Shown piece by piece: positions 16,549-26,713 of a stretch of DNA of 64,000 nt; within the stretch, counting starts at the first letter, position 1; each line of letters begins with the position of its first letter. The DNA is taken from IMG/VR virus record IMGVR_UViG_3300045988_144119, positions 1 through 64,000 of that record, one strand, 5' to 3'. The notes beneath the pieces were generated by a model that was not told the origin of the DNA, ran no database searches, and saw only the letters and a list, made by a program, of their open reading frames with translations. The translations under genes and the position numbers were made by a program. The DNA is from a virus.

Positions 16549-19500
16549 CTATTGCATAAACACCCTAATCCCAGCCCCTTTGGAATTTGCGCTTGGTGCA
16601 AACACACGGTCTATCCTGTCCGAAAGGATTTCCAAATACCTCGTCTGCGCCCTCAACTCAACAAGCATGGGGTTAGATTCGCCCGATTGGGATTCTAAGC
16701 TGTAGTGGGCCTCTAATAGCACTCTGATTGCGGCTATGTCAGTTGTCTGTTGATTGACAAAGAACCTAATAGAATTAAGTAATGCTTCAAGAACTTTTGC
16801 TGTGGTTTCTGATATACCTTGTATACTTTGAGTAAGTGCCGACAATTCAGCCTTTTTGTTAGGCTTGTACCCCAAAGTTTCCATCAATGCGAGAAGGTCT
16901 TCATTTAGCCCTTCAAGAGCCGTTTTACCGATTGATTGGATGTTTGCAAGCTCTTCTTTAGTGAGGTTAATCCCTCCTACGCTCCCCTCTGTAACAGATT
17001 CATCTATTTTCTCAAACAGCTCCTTCAAACGCCCTTGCGCAAGTCTCATTGTAGCTTGTTTGACGATAAGATTTTCAATAAAACTATCAAAGTTTTCATT
17101 AAGGGCTTTTAGTCCATCTTCTGTTTCATTGAAAGCATCCATCCATGCTTGAACAAATGAAGAGGCGGCATCCTTATATTCTGACTCCCCACCTATACCT
17201 CCTAATTCTAATTTCTGTTGGTCTAAAATTTCTTGTCTTGTCTTTTTCAGTTCATTTATAGCATCATTCCATTCATCAATACGTCCTCTATCAGAATCTT
17301 TCTTTGCCTCTTCTGAGTTAATCATATTTTCATATGATTCAATCTGTTGGTCTAAATTGGCTATTGTATCTTTGGTTTGTGTACGAAGATCATCTGCACT
17401 CCAAGCGGCTTCCATCTTCTCCTTTAACTCATCGTATGCCCTACCAAGTGATTCTATATTCTTTATTTGCCGTTGGATTTCACGTTCTTTCTTCTTGTTC
17501 TTATTGCCAATGCCGAATATGCTACCGATTGTCTTGCCAAGTCCGGTGAGTACATTCAGAGAGCTACTTATTGGCTTTGTTATGTCAAAACTTTCAAGAG
17601 AACCGAATAATGCACCTACACCATCTAAAATTTCATAAAGGTCTTCTCCTATTGCAACACCGAAACTATCCTCCAACATGTGAGCAAAGTCTGATACCGA
17701 ATTTGTAATACCCGATATACTTTCAACCATACCTCCACCCATATCAATCTTTCCAAGAGATTGTATTATCCCTTGTAGCTTTTGAGCCTGTTGCGACAAA
17801 GCTCTGTTGGCAGCATCATATCCGGCTACTATCTCGTCTTGCTTTTTCTTCTTGTCAACTAATAAATCGTAGTTATTTTGTTCAACTTCATATTCTTCAA
17901 ATGCTGCATCTATATTTTCAGTAGCGGATTCATAAGCTGCTTTCTTTTCTGCTACTATTTTACTTTGCGTGCGTAATTGTTCCTCATATTTTGCTTGCAA
18001 ATCTCTCGCTTTAGCCTCGTCCTTCTCATTTTTTGCATTTTCTTTACGGAGCTTTGTATATTCCTTGAGAGATTTTGTTAACTTATTCCACGGGTCTCTT
18101 TGGTTAAGCTGTTTGTCAAGTTTTTCTTCTTGCTCCATTATTTGCTTCAACTCTGTAGGTGACAAGTCTTTTGATTCCTCACGCATTTTCACAAGCTTAT
18201 CTTTCATGCTTTGCAATGCTGCGGTAGAATAATATTCTATATTGTCAAACAGGTTAAGATAGCTGTCCGATGAAGTAAATTCCTTCCATGCGTTATTTGC
18301 TGACTTTTTATTGTACATCTTAGTCGCATTTTCTTCCAATCTCTTTTGTAAATCTGGAGCGTTTTGGAATTTATCACGTATCTCTTCTAAGTCTTTGTAA
18401 TACTGTTCATCGAGCTGTAATTGTTCTGAAAGCTGAGTTTTGTATGATTTGACCAGCCTTTCGGTAGTATCTTGTTGCTCCTTTATGCGCTGCTGATTCA
18501 ACTTATCCAAATCGGCTAAGTATTGCTTGTTTGCGTCGGTATCTGCAACAAGGTACTCTCCTTTTGGGAAATTCTTTTCGTATGACGCTTTCATTTCTTT
18601 TTCGACATCATCCAATGTCTTAGCAAGTCCGGGGAACAAAGCCTGCACTTCGGCTTCGGACAGTCCTGCATCTTTCAGCTTCTGGTGTAAGTCTAAGCTG
18701 TTGAACATGGATTCTATGTTCTTCTTGGTCTTGTCGAGCTGTTTCTTAATATTTTCTACATCATCGCTATCCAGCAGTTGATATGAATCATTTATAGCAC
18801 CTTGCTTCTTCCTAAAATCTGTGATTATCTTTGAAATTTCCTGCAATGCTTTTGCTATATTCTGCTTGTTTGGCAAAAACGCATCTCCAATGATGTTCTT
18901 TGGCATATTCACGTTTTTGAGAGAATCTGCATAACGCTCCATAACAGTCTTAGCAGCCTTATCGCTGCCCATTACCTTGCTCAGCTTCTCGTATTCCTTA
19001 TTAAGCTCTTTAATAAGAGAAATGCGCTCTGCTAATATGTCACGTTTATGTTTGGAGTCTGATTCAGGTTCTTCTTTATTTATCCCTGGTCTAAGAGGAA
19101 CTTTTATATCTCCCAAATTATATATATCGTATGCAAGTTGCTTTTTTATATCAGACCATTCTTTGGAAAATTCTCCTTTATTGATTAAAATCTTAAATTG
19201 TTCCCTTGTCTTATTACCTTTTATTACCTCATCATTTACAGAATCAAATATTTCACGTATTTCTTTAACTGCTTTTTCTTTATCTTTCTCCCAATCTTTC
19301 CTTGTTCCAAGAAACGAGCTAGCGATAGAACTTTTCTTACCTGCAAAAAGGACCCCGTTCTGTAACTTCTCCAAGTAGTCCGCAAGCCTTTTGTAGTAGT
19401 CGATTAAATCCTCTCCTTCTTTTTTCCCCTTTACAAGTTCTTGTATGTATTCTTTTGCTCCTTTACCCAAGGAAGTTGATTCTTCTGAAAGCCTTAATAG

Positions 19501-21630
19501 TTCAGCTTGTATTTTATTACCTTTCGCTATAAAATCATTGAAAGAGTTCTCATACTCGTCTAAATCAGTTTCAATATCATCATCCCCTATCAGCCATCCC
19601 TTCTTCCTATTTTCTGCATAATTAGCTTCAATTTTTCTAATATCTTCTAAAAAGTCTGTATATTGTTTTCTGTACTCTTCAAATTGCTCTTTTGCTTCTT
19701 TTTCTGATATATTGGGCTTTATCTGTATTTCAAATCCTTCATTATTCATCTCTTTCACAAGAGAGGACAATGCGTTCCTTGTATTATTTTTAGCTATTTC
19801 GTCTATTTCTCCTACCCTTAACTGAGCAGTATAATACTTGTTGCTACTTTCTCTCAACATTTTGTTATATTGGGAATGAACGTTCCACAACTCATTAACA
19901 AGTTGTAAGGCTACTCCAAGAGCCATTAATGGAGGAGATGATTTAAAAGCAAGCCCTAAAGAGCGTAATGAAGTTTCTGCTTTTGTTAAAGCAAAAGATA
20001 ATAAGCTTACTTCTTTGGTAATAGCTTTTATTTTAGGTACTAATAGCAATGATCCTACTACGACACCAAACGTCTTTGCCACTTCAGCAACTGTTTCCCA
20101 ATTATCAATCAATACCTTAATTGAATCAATAGAACCTTTTAGTGTATCTTCGTTAGCTTTACCGATGGAGTTAAGCATCACATCAATACTGTCCTTCAAG
20201 TTGGAAATTTTACCTTGTAAAGTTTCAGCTTGGATTTCTTGCATATTGTAGAAAATACCCTCTTTGGAAGTCAAGTTTTCAAACACTTGTTCAACATCCT
20301 CAAATGTAACCTTACGTTTGGAAATCATATCTACAATCTGTGCCGTGGTATAATCTGCTTGGTCTCTTGTTTTGAACAACTTTTGAAGTTCCCCATACAT
20401 ATTGATACCTGCTTCCGTAAACTGACGAACTTCTGTACCACGCAAATATGCTGCCGCTTTGACCTGCCCATAAGCAAGGATAAGTCTGCCCATATCCACA
20501 CCTAAACCAGCAGATACATCGGCAAGTCGTTTTGTCGTATCATATAACTTGTCGCTCTCAATACGGTATGCTGCAAGCTGTTTTGTGAATGTAACCAATT
20601 CCTTAATTTGAAATGGCGACTTTACGGCAAGTTGGACAGTCTTGTTGAAAATTTGGTCTGCCTGTGATTTATTTTGTAAGATTGCTTGTAACGAACGCTG
20701 CTGCAATTCAAATTCACCGCGCACTTTTGCCAACTTGCTGATATACCCTTCAATCTGTGACACGGAGAACAACAAAGCAAGCTGACGGCTTAATTGCCCG
20801 GCTGTATCCATCAGGTTGCGATGGCGTGTGGCAAGCTGCTGTGATTTGACTCCTACTTCCGTCAATGCTTGGTTGTGTTTTGCAATGGCTTGGTTTATCT
20901 GTTCAAGCATGCTCTTATAGTTCGCATCGGTAGTGTTCAAAGACAAACGAGCTTTTTTCAGGTACTCTATAGCTTGTACGTTCTGTTGCAGAGACTTTGC
21001 ATTTTTAGAATAATCTAATGCGCCTTGTGGAGTTGATCGCTGTGCATTTGCTAAATCCGCTGCCGCCTTTGCAGCACGTTTATCCGCTGCCGCCTTACGT
21101 TGTGCAGCCTTTTCCGCAGATTGGGCACGTTGCTCGTCCGTCTTTCGTTGCTCGTCAAGCTCCATCTTCATGTAGCGCATGGCTTCTACCGCAGCCTTTT
21201 GTTGCGGCTTTGACAAGTCCATGTTATCAACGTATTTTTTCAAATCCGAATATCCCTGCTTCAATCCGGATATATTAAAGTTAGCAAATGAACCTTCTCC
21301 GATTTTATTGTTTCCTATTCTGTTTAGCAAATCTGCCGCACGTGAAAGGCTTTCGTTCAGAGAAGTAGTCTTTCTTGTAGTCTCTTCCGCACCTTTCCCT
21401 GCTCCTTCAAATGGATTACCTTTTATAGCATCTATCTTTTTGGCTAACGAAGTAATCACACTTTCCAATTTACTCGTATCCATTACCACACTGCCAAACC
21501 CGTTTTTCAATGCATCTGCTGCTGTATGGGCGTGCTTCTCTATCTTCTCTAGCTTCTCATCGAAACTATCCAACTTCTTTAATACATCAGGGGTTATGTT
21601 GAGGAAAGCTCCTGCTTCGTTATTTGCCAT
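16549..21630 (-). CDS. Tail tape measure protein (1693 aa)
   Basis: Very large, coiled-coil-rich ORF directly downstream of the chaperone pair. The segment LILAYGQVKAAAYLRGTEVRQFTEAGINMYGELQK resembles the conserved tape-measure core. Confidence 0.85.
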   Translation of the reverse strand: MANNEAGAFLNITPDVLKKLDSFDEKLEKIEKHAHTAADALKNGFGSVVMDTSKLESVITSLAKKIDAIKGNPFEGAGKGAEETTRKTTSLNESLSRAADLLNRIGNNKIGEGSFANFNISGLKQGYSDLKKYVDNMDLSKPQQKAAVEAMRYMKMELDEQRKTDEQRAQSAEKAAQRKAAADKRAAKAAADLANAQRSTPQGALDYSKNAKSLQQNVQAIEYLKKARLSLNTTDANYKSMLEQINQAIAKHNQALTEVGVKSQQLATRHRNLMDTAGQLSRQLALLFSVSQIEGYISKLAKVRGEFELQQRSLQAILQNKSQADQIFNKTVQLAVKSPFQIKELVTFTKQLAAYRIESDKLYDTTKRLADVSAGLGVDMGRLILAYGQVKAAAYLRGTEVRQFTEAGINMYGELQKLFKTRDQADYTTAQIVDMISKRKVTFEDVEQVFENLTSKEGIFYNMQEIQAETLQGKISNLKDSIDVMLNSIGKANEDTLKGSIDSIKVLIDNWETVAEVAKTFGVVVGSLLLVPKIKAITKEVSLLSFALTKAETSLRSLGLAFKSSPPLMALGVALQLVNELWNVHSQYNKMLRESSNKYYTAQLRVGEIDEIAKNNTRNALSSLVKEMNNEGFEIQIKPNISEKEAKEQFEEYRKQYTDFLEDIRKIEANYAENRKKGWLIGDDDIETDLDEYENSFNDFIAKGNKIQAELLRLSEESTSLGKGAKEYIQELVKGKKEGEDLIDYYKRLADYLEKLQNGVLFAGKKSSIASSFLGTRKDWEKDKEKAVKEIREIFDSVNDEVIKGNKTREQFKILINKGEFSKEWSDIKKQLAYDIYNLGDIKVPLRPGINKEEPESDSKHKRDILAERISLIKELNKEYEKLSKVMGSDKAAKTVMERYADSLKNVNMPKNIIGDAFLPNKQNIAKALQEISKIITDFRKKQGAINDSYQLLDSDDVENIKKQLDKTKKNIESMFNSLDLHQKLKDAGLSEAEVQALFPGLAKTLDDVEKEMKASYEKNFPKGEYLVADTDANKQYLADLDKLNQQRIKEQQDTTERLVKSYKTQLSEQLQLDEQYYKDLEEIRDKFQNAPDLQKRLEENATKMYNKKSANNAWKEFTSSDSYLNLFDNIEYYSTAALQSMKDKLVKMREESKDLSPTELKQIMEQEEKLDKQLNQRDPWNKLTKSLKEYTKLRKENAKNEKDEAKARDLQAKYEEQLRTQSKIVAEKKAAYESATENIDAAFEEYEVEQNNYDLLVDKKKKQDEIVAGYDAANRALSQQAQKLQGIIQSLGKIDMGGGMVESISGITNSVSDFAHMLEDSFGVAIGEDLYEILDGVGALFGSLESFDITKPISSSLNVLTGLGKTIGSIFGIGNKNKKKEREIQRQIKNIESLGRAYDELKEKMEAAWSADDLRTQTKDTIANLDQQIESYENMINSEEAKKDSDRGRIDEWNDAINELKKTRQEILDQQKLELGGIGGESEYKDAASSFVQAWMDAFNETEDGLKALNENFDSFIENLIVKQATMRLAQGRLKELFEKIDESVTEGSVGGINLTKEELANIQSIGKTALEGLNEDLLALMETLGYKPNKKAELSALTQSIQGISETTAKVLEALLNSIRFFVNQQTTDIAAIRVLLEAHYSLESQSGESNPMLVELRAQTRYLEILSDRIDRVFAPSANSKGAGIRVFMQ

Positions 21631-21634
21631 ATCG

Positions 21635-21961
21635 TTATCCTTTTTTATTAATTATGGGCATACCCAAATCATTCAAGTTCTTCAAATCGTCAACACTTCC
21701 TATTTTGCTGACCTTCTTTTTTTTCTTGTCCTTGTTTCCGTATTCTACATGGGAAAAATCAAACGAGCTTAACCGGATCTGTCCAACCGTCATTCCCCAT
21801 AAATATTCGTCACGAGAGCACCAAGTGTTGGAGCGCAGAAAATCAATCATCTGCCCCCACTCTGTACGGGATATTATCAGTTTTGTTCCGTTTTCTTCGT
21901 CTTCCTCGTCAAAGTCATTTCCCTCACGGTCTGAATCACATTGGTACTCTCGAAAAAAAAA
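21635..21961 (-). CDS. -1 frameshift extension giving a gpGT-like chaperone fusion
   Basis: The -1 frame is open with no stop from the T9 run (21953-21961) to the stop at 21635. It reads ...FFFREYQCDSDREGNDFDEEDEENGTKLIISRTEWGQMIDFLRS... Confidence 0.6.
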   Translation of the reverse strand, partial: FFFREYQCDSDREGNDFDEEDEENGTKLIISRTEWGQMIDFLRSNTWCSRDEYLWGMTVGQIRLSSFDFSHVEYGNKDKKKKKVSKIGSVDDLKNLNDLGMPIINKKG

Positions 21962-22413
21962 TCCGTGCTTATGAGGTTAAGGATTTCACCAAGCAATAAT
22001 GCCCAGTCCTTTATGTCGTAATCTCTCCATATCAAAAGGTCAAAGACCTTGTGGTAGTCATCTGATAGTTCTTTTTTCTCATAATCAGAGAATATCCTGT
22101 CCCTGTCATTGAGAAGTGCAAGCGTTATCACGTGTGCAACTGCCGGTAGATTTACCGAGAACTCTTTGATAACATCTCCCATACTTAACTTCTCTCCCTT
22201 CACAATCTGACACGCTTGTTCGGCTATAAGCCATTGAACACCGGGCTTCAATCCTTTAATACGCCACTCCGTACCGTGAAGTTTTACAATGCTTGGGCTG
22301 TCATTCATTATCCTTGCCAAACGTTCCATTGACTCATCAGATATAGGAGTACAAGCCGTTACAACATTTGTCTTTAGTCCTGTATCTTTTTTCTTTGCTC
22401 TATATACTGCCAT
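21877..22413 (-). CDS. Tail assembly chaperone (gpG-like)
   Basis: Sits between the tail tube and tape measure genes and contains the T9 slippery run near its 3' end. Start may be 22440 (MPPPF) or 22413 (MAVYRAKKK). Confidence 0.6.
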   Translation of the reverse strand: MAVYRAKKKDTGLKTNVVTACTPISDESMERLARIMNDSPSIVKLHGTEWRIKGLKPGVQWLIAEQACQIVKGEKLSMGDVIKEFSVNLPAVAHVITLALLNDRDRIFSDYEKKELSDDYHKVFDLLIWRDYDIKDWALLLGEILNLISTDFFFESTNVIQTVREMTLTRKTKKTEQN

Positions 22414-22488
22414 GATTATAAACATGAAGGGCGGCGGCATATAAGCCTACCGCCCGTAAACACTCTAGTTATCTATTATGAACAAGTT

Positions 22489-23058
22489 TTATTTGGGTAA
22501 AGTATAAGCTGAATCTACATAAAACGGTGTTCTGATAGTTCTATCTCCATCGGCGATATTTGCATCATACGCTGTTCCTGCAAGGTTGATACGACCCACA
22601 TTAGAGTTCAAAGATTCAAGCATTATTTTTGAGTTAAGTTGGACTTTTGGAACCACAAATGCAGTCATCGTTTCTCCTTCCTCAAACACTACGTCAATCT
22701 TTGCATACAACTTCTTGTATTGAGCCGGAGCAAAGTATTTAGTAGAGACAGTAGTTCCTGCCGTAAATCCCATGAGAGCGACCAATAGGTCTTTTTGTGT
22801 ATCTGCAACCTCAGCTGTAAACTGGTATTTGCCAAGCTTCACGATGGAAAGAATGGGGCTGTCGGAAGTTTCGCACTCGATGTCGTTTACATCGTTATCG
22901 TCTTGAGCGATTGAAGTGGTATCCTCAACTACATCTTCAAGGATATAAGAGTCACCCTCTGGCACATCGTCTTGTTCAGAGCCAGTGAACAGAGTTGTCA
23001 CGATGTAAGAAGGCTTGATGAATTTTTTGGCTGTTGCGCCAGTCTTGTTTACTGCCAT
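22489..23058 (-). CDS. Major tail (tube) protein, assigned by position
   Basis: 189-aa ORF immediately upstream of the chaperone pair, which is the canonical siphovirus order. Confidence 0.55.
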   Translation of the reverse strand: MAVNKTGATAKKFIKPSYIVTTLFTGSEQDDVPEGDSYILEDVVEDTTSIAQDDNDVNDIECETSDSPILSIVKLGKYQFTAEVADTQKDLLVALMGFTAGTTVSTKYFAPAQYKKLYAKIDVVFEEGETMTAFVVPKVQLNSKIMLESLNSNVGRINLAGTAYDANIADGDRTIRTPFYVDSAYTLPK

Positions 23059-23090
23059 AATTAAAAAATGTTATCCTGTTAATAATCTGT

Positions 23091-23486
23091 TTACCTTATT
23101 GTCACTTCTATATTTATCACGTTGTAGTAGTAGTTCCTATTTTGGTCATAATCTGCATCACGGAAATTTACATCAATCACATAATGGGGGTCTTTGCATG
23201 ATTCAATAACCTTGTCAAGCGCAAGTTCCATTTTGTACAGCTCCTTCACGGGCTTCGTACCGTGGCTGTCAACTGATTTTGCGTACAAGAACACGTTGGC
23301 AGAACCTTTGGCATAAGCTCCGTAATCTTTCATGGAAAGCACATCAACAAGCACCATTTCTTTCCAATTGCTTTCAACAGTGGCAGGCATATTCCCGATG
23401 AACAGGTTATCGGATATAGCCGCTTTTGTCAGCAGCATGGAAAAAAAGTTTTCCACTTTTGATGTTGTCTTGTATTTGCTATCCAT
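23091..23486 (-). CDS. Tail completion/terminator-like protein, assigned by position
   Basis: 131-aa ORF between the neck genes and the tail tube gene. Confidence 0.4.
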   Translation of the reverse strand: MDSKYKTTSKVENFFSMLLTKAAISDNLFIGNMPATVESNWKEMVLVDVLSMKDYGAYAKGSANVFLYAKSVDSHGTKPVKELYKMELALDKVIESCKDPHYVIDVNFRDADYDQNRNYYYNVINIEVTIR

Positions 23487-23490
23487 ATAA

Positions 23491-23931
23491 TCAGTATTTA
23501 CCGTTCTTTATAATTCCAAAAGTTGAACCTTTAATTCTGTTACTTAATGCTTTGAGTTGGTTTTGAGCAATGGCGATTACCTCATATTTGTACTTTTCCT
23601 GTAATATTTGTCCGTATGGCATTGCGGCTACTATCACAAGGTCAATTCCATCATGAGGCTTATATTTACGTTCAAGAAAATCCGTTATCGCATCACGTCC
23701 GTATAGCGGCTCTCTCTCCCAAATTCTTGGGGCTAACGCGTATTTCGTTTGATAACCGCTTTTGGATAGTTTGCCATTAACATATATTCCCCATCCGTAG
23801 CTATCATGAAGGTTGTCTGTATCATTTTTATAAGTAACCCTATTCAATTCTTCTGCAATTATTTTGTCAGCTTCTTCCGATAAGAACTTTATAAGTTTAT
23901 TCAATGAATCTGTTTTAACCTTCTTTGCCAT
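23491..23931 (-). CDS. Neck/tail-attachment protein (HK97 gp10-like), assigned by position
   Basis: 146-aa ORF in the connector block. Size and position are typical; the motif match is weak. Confidence 0.4.
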   Translation of the reverse strand: MAKKVKTDSLNKLIKFLSEEADKIIAEELNRVTYKNDTDNLHDSYGWGIYVNGKLSKSGYQTKYALAPRIWEREPLYGRDAITDFLERKYKPHDGIDLVIVAAMPYGQILQEKYKYEVIAIAQNQLKALSNRIKGSTFGIIKNGKY

Positions 23932-23934
23932 AGC

Positions 23935-24333
23935 CTATACCTCGCTCATTTTAATATCAACCGAGCAACCACCAAGTTGACTATATTCAAGTCCTATAAC
24001 CCTGCCTTGGATTGGTATTGCATAATCCTTGCATTTAAAATTGGTATTGAAACGTATAGGTAGCTTCTCACCAACTTTGCACGGGAAAAATACTTTATAG
24101 TCAGCCATGATAGTACCAGAATTAATCAGCTTTGCAGCCTGCTGTATGTCACATTCAGTTTCAAGAAGGATGGTCTCTCCCGTAGTGGGGACTTCGGGAG
24201 AACTATCCGTCTTTTCATTCCCAAGCAAGTCACCGTCACCGAGAAGGTTCCCGTCTTCCGGCTTATTCGTTATCACGGTGTAGAATGTGCCATGAAACGG
24301 GTATTCTTCTATTGCTTTTCTTTTGAGACGCAT
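23935..24333 (-). CDS. Head closure/head-tail adaptor protein, assigned by position
   Basis: 132-aa ORF packed in the connector block. Confidence 0.4.
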   Translation of the reverse strand: MRLKRKAIEEYPFHGTFYTVITNKPEDGNLLGDGDLLGNEKTDSSPEVPTTGETILLETECDIQQAAKLINSGTIMADYKVFFPCKVGEKLPIRFNTNFKCKDYAIPIQGRVIGLEYSQLGGCSVDIKMSEV

Positions 24334-24336
24334 AAA

Positions 24337-24720
24337 CTATACATCTAATGAATTTTCATTGACCCAACTCATACTACCCGAATCCATGCTTTTCAACGCT
24401 TCTTCTTCACCATACTTTTTGTACAGTGCTTTCAGACGGTCTTTCAAGTTTTGGATTATAGCAGCCGTTACCGTCTCACTACCTATGTCCTGTCTGTAAC
24501 TGCCATGTTGGAGTGATGATGAAGCCACAGACCACGGACCGTTAATGACAAGCTCGTACAGTGCGATAAGGCAATGGTCTTTAGTGTATTCATCTATTTC
24601 TGAACGGTCTGAAATAAACATCAAACCGTTTTCGTATGCGATATTTTCAAGCGCATCATCTTCAAAGACAAATCTCGTAAGCCCATTGAGGTATGCTATC
24701 GGGTCAAATGATTTTTCCAT
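24337..24720 (-). CDS. Head-tail connector protein, assigned by position
   Basis: 127-aa ORF immediately downstream of the capsid gene. Confidence 0.4.
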   Translation of the reverse strand: MEKSFDPIAYLNGLTRFVFEDDALENIAYENGLMFISDRSEIDEYTKDHCLIALYELVINGPWSVASSSLQHGSYRQDIGSETVTAAIIQNLKDRLKALYKKYGEEEALKSMDSGSMSWVNENSLDV

Positions 24721-24745
24721 AACTACTACGCAATGTATTGTACAT

Positions 24746-25924
24746 TTAATCGTCTGCCTGACTTGTGTCTACAATTACGTGATTACGGAATGTTTTCAGT
24801 GCAGGACAAGCTGACATCATTACATCAGTATGCCATTCCTTATACAGCCCGTTGTTTGTTGTTGTATTCACAATCGTGCAGAGACCATCGTTAGCCTGAG
24901 CAAAAATCTTGGTTATTACGCTTGAACCATACTTATCAAACATCTGTTTGTCTAGGTTATTGGTGTATTCAAACTCACAAGCATATCCGGCAGGGCGGAG
25001 AACAGCAATCTCATCGTCCCAACCTTGTACGAATGTGTCTCCGGTATTGGTAAGATTACGCTCACGTTCTTCAACAATTTCAATTGGAGATACACCGGGA
25101 TAATCACGGAAAGCAGCTAAGAACAACTCTCGTGTAGTAGGTGCAGTAGCGGTTGTTGCGATGTAAGCTAAAGGATTTTTCTTGAAACTTTCAATCAATT
25201 CCTTAACTTCGGCATTTTGCAGCATTACTTCGTAAAACATCTTGCGTGTAACCTGCCATACCATTGCACCTTCATACCCCCATTCTTCACGATATTTTTT
25301 CTCCTTTTCCGCCATTTGACTGAGAATCTTACATTTTTCGTCTGTCCAAACTACTGTGCCAGCTTTAGTAAAGTTCTCTGTTGGTATATCAGCCTTATGC
25401 AACGGAGCTTGAACGCCACGTGCGATATTTCGATAGTCAATATGACCTTTAGACATTAACTGTGCAGTCATGAAGTTCATGGTTGCGTCCGCACTATCAA
25501 GTTGGGATTGTAATGTATGTACCCAAGCGGCTACCAAATCGGCATCGTTTCCAAACAACTCAAACTGTTGTTCTTTTGCTTCACGTTCCATAGCTGTTTC
25601 AACGAAACCGGGAGCGATAAAATCAGGGATGGATGCGGTGTACCAGTGCAGACCGTCCTTATCCATTTGATTACTGTCACCAAGAGGTGCACGCAAATCC
25701 ATCAAAGGAGCGGCTTTCAAGTCACGTCCTTTCACAGAAAAAGTAGCGATGCCATTAGGAGCGGTAGGTGTGGGAGCACCAGCTTTTACACCTTGAGTCT
25801 TGTACCAACCATAATTAGTGTATAGCAGACCTTCTGTATTGACAAAGGATTGCAAGAAACGTTGATTGGTCTTGTCTGAAAAGAATCTTGCATATCTGCT
25901 GTTATTAAAATCAAATTTAGGCAT
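24746..25924 (-). CDS. Major capsid protein
   Basis: 392-aa ORF between the scaffold/accessory genes and the connector block. Size and context are typical of HK97-fold/gpE-like capsid proteins. Confidence 0.7.
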   Translation of the reverse strand: MPKFDFNNSRYARFFSDKTNQRFLQSFVNTEGLLYTNYGWYKTQGVKAGAPTPTAPNGIATFSVKGRDLKAAPLMDLRAPLGDSNQMDKDGLHWYTASIPDFIAPGFVETAMEREAKEQQFELFGNDADLVAAWVHTLQSQLDSADATMNFMTAQLMSKGHIDYRNIARGVQAPLHKADIPTENFTKAGTVVWTDEKCKILSQMAEKEKKYREEWGYEGAMVWQVTRKMFYEVMLQNAEVKELIESFKKNPLAYIATTATAPTTRELFLAAFRDYPGVSPIEIVEERERNLTNTGDTFVQGWDDEIAVLRPAGYACEFEYTNNLDKQMFDKYGSSVITKIFAQANDGLCTIVNTTTNNGLYKEWHTDVMMSACPALKTFRNHVIVDTSQADD

Positions 25925-25937
25925 AGTTTCGTCAATT

Positions 25938-26690
25938 TTAAATGTTAAACCAACCCTTAACCTTGCTCTTGTTCAAAGCTTTTAATGCAGCCGAAAGAGG
26001 TTGCATACGGTCTTCGTAGAGGAATACATCTCCTAATGCCAATGCAGGAGTGATAAGGTATCTTGCACCATCGAAATCATCTTCGGATGCAGCCGGGTCA
26101 AAAACAAAATCAAAGTCGCAGGGAAGGTATGAGTTAGGATTAGTAACCATGGCTTCTTTACCAGAACCTGCTTCTTTCGCTTCAACAAGAACAGATGAAG
26201 TTGTTAATGCTCCGAGGGTTGCGCTCAATGTAACTTTCCAAACATCGCCAGCCGTTCCGTCAGTCGTTTTTTCAACGGCTGTGACTGTTACTGCTGTTCC
26301 TTTCCCTACCAATGTGGTAGGAGCAACCATGAGAACGTCCCCTACAAACGGAATGAGGGAATACCCGTCTCTTTTCAAGTAAATAACCGTATCAGATGAT
26401 TCTGATGTAGCTTTTGCAACTGCATACGATTTTAGGATGCGTATTTCGCTTCCATTAGAACCATTACTGGGAATATATTCAGCGAGCGTCCCGGCAAAAG
26501 CTCTTGCATTACCTTTGAATGGGTTTTTAACAATTCCACCACTGGTAGGAAATACAAGTGCGTCTTTCCCGCTCATCTGTAGCTTCACGAAGACATAGCG
26601 ATGACCACCAATGCTTCCGCGAGCCTGAACCAATGCTCTACCGGGAAGGTAGCCACTGTTCAATAGGATTTGCTGATAGAAATCTGACAT
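25938..26690 (-). CDS. Capsid-associated protein (decoration or accessory), assigned by position
   Basis: 250-aa beta-rich ORF between the scaffold and major capsid genes. No protease motifs seen. Confidence 0.35.
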   Translation of the reverse strand: MSDFYQQILLNSGYLPGRALVQARGSIGGHRYVFVKLQMSGKDALVFPTSGGIVKNPFKGNARAFAGTLAEYIPSNGSNGSEIRILKSYAVAKATSESSDTVIYLKRDGYSLIPFVGDVLMVAPTTLVGKGTAVTVTAVEKTTDGTAGDVWKVTLSATLGALTTSSVLVEAKEAGSGKEAMVTNPNSYLPCDFDFVFDPAASEDDFDGARYLITPALALGDVFLYEDRMQPLSAALKALNKSKVKGWFNI

Positions 26691-26713
26691 TTTCTTTTTG
26701 GTTTAAATGATTA

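Noticed and set aside
21179-21974. Plus-strand ORFs of 197 aa and 116 aa overlapping the tape measure start and the chaperone genes.
   Set aside because: They are antisense shadow ORFs within the densely coding leftward tail operon.
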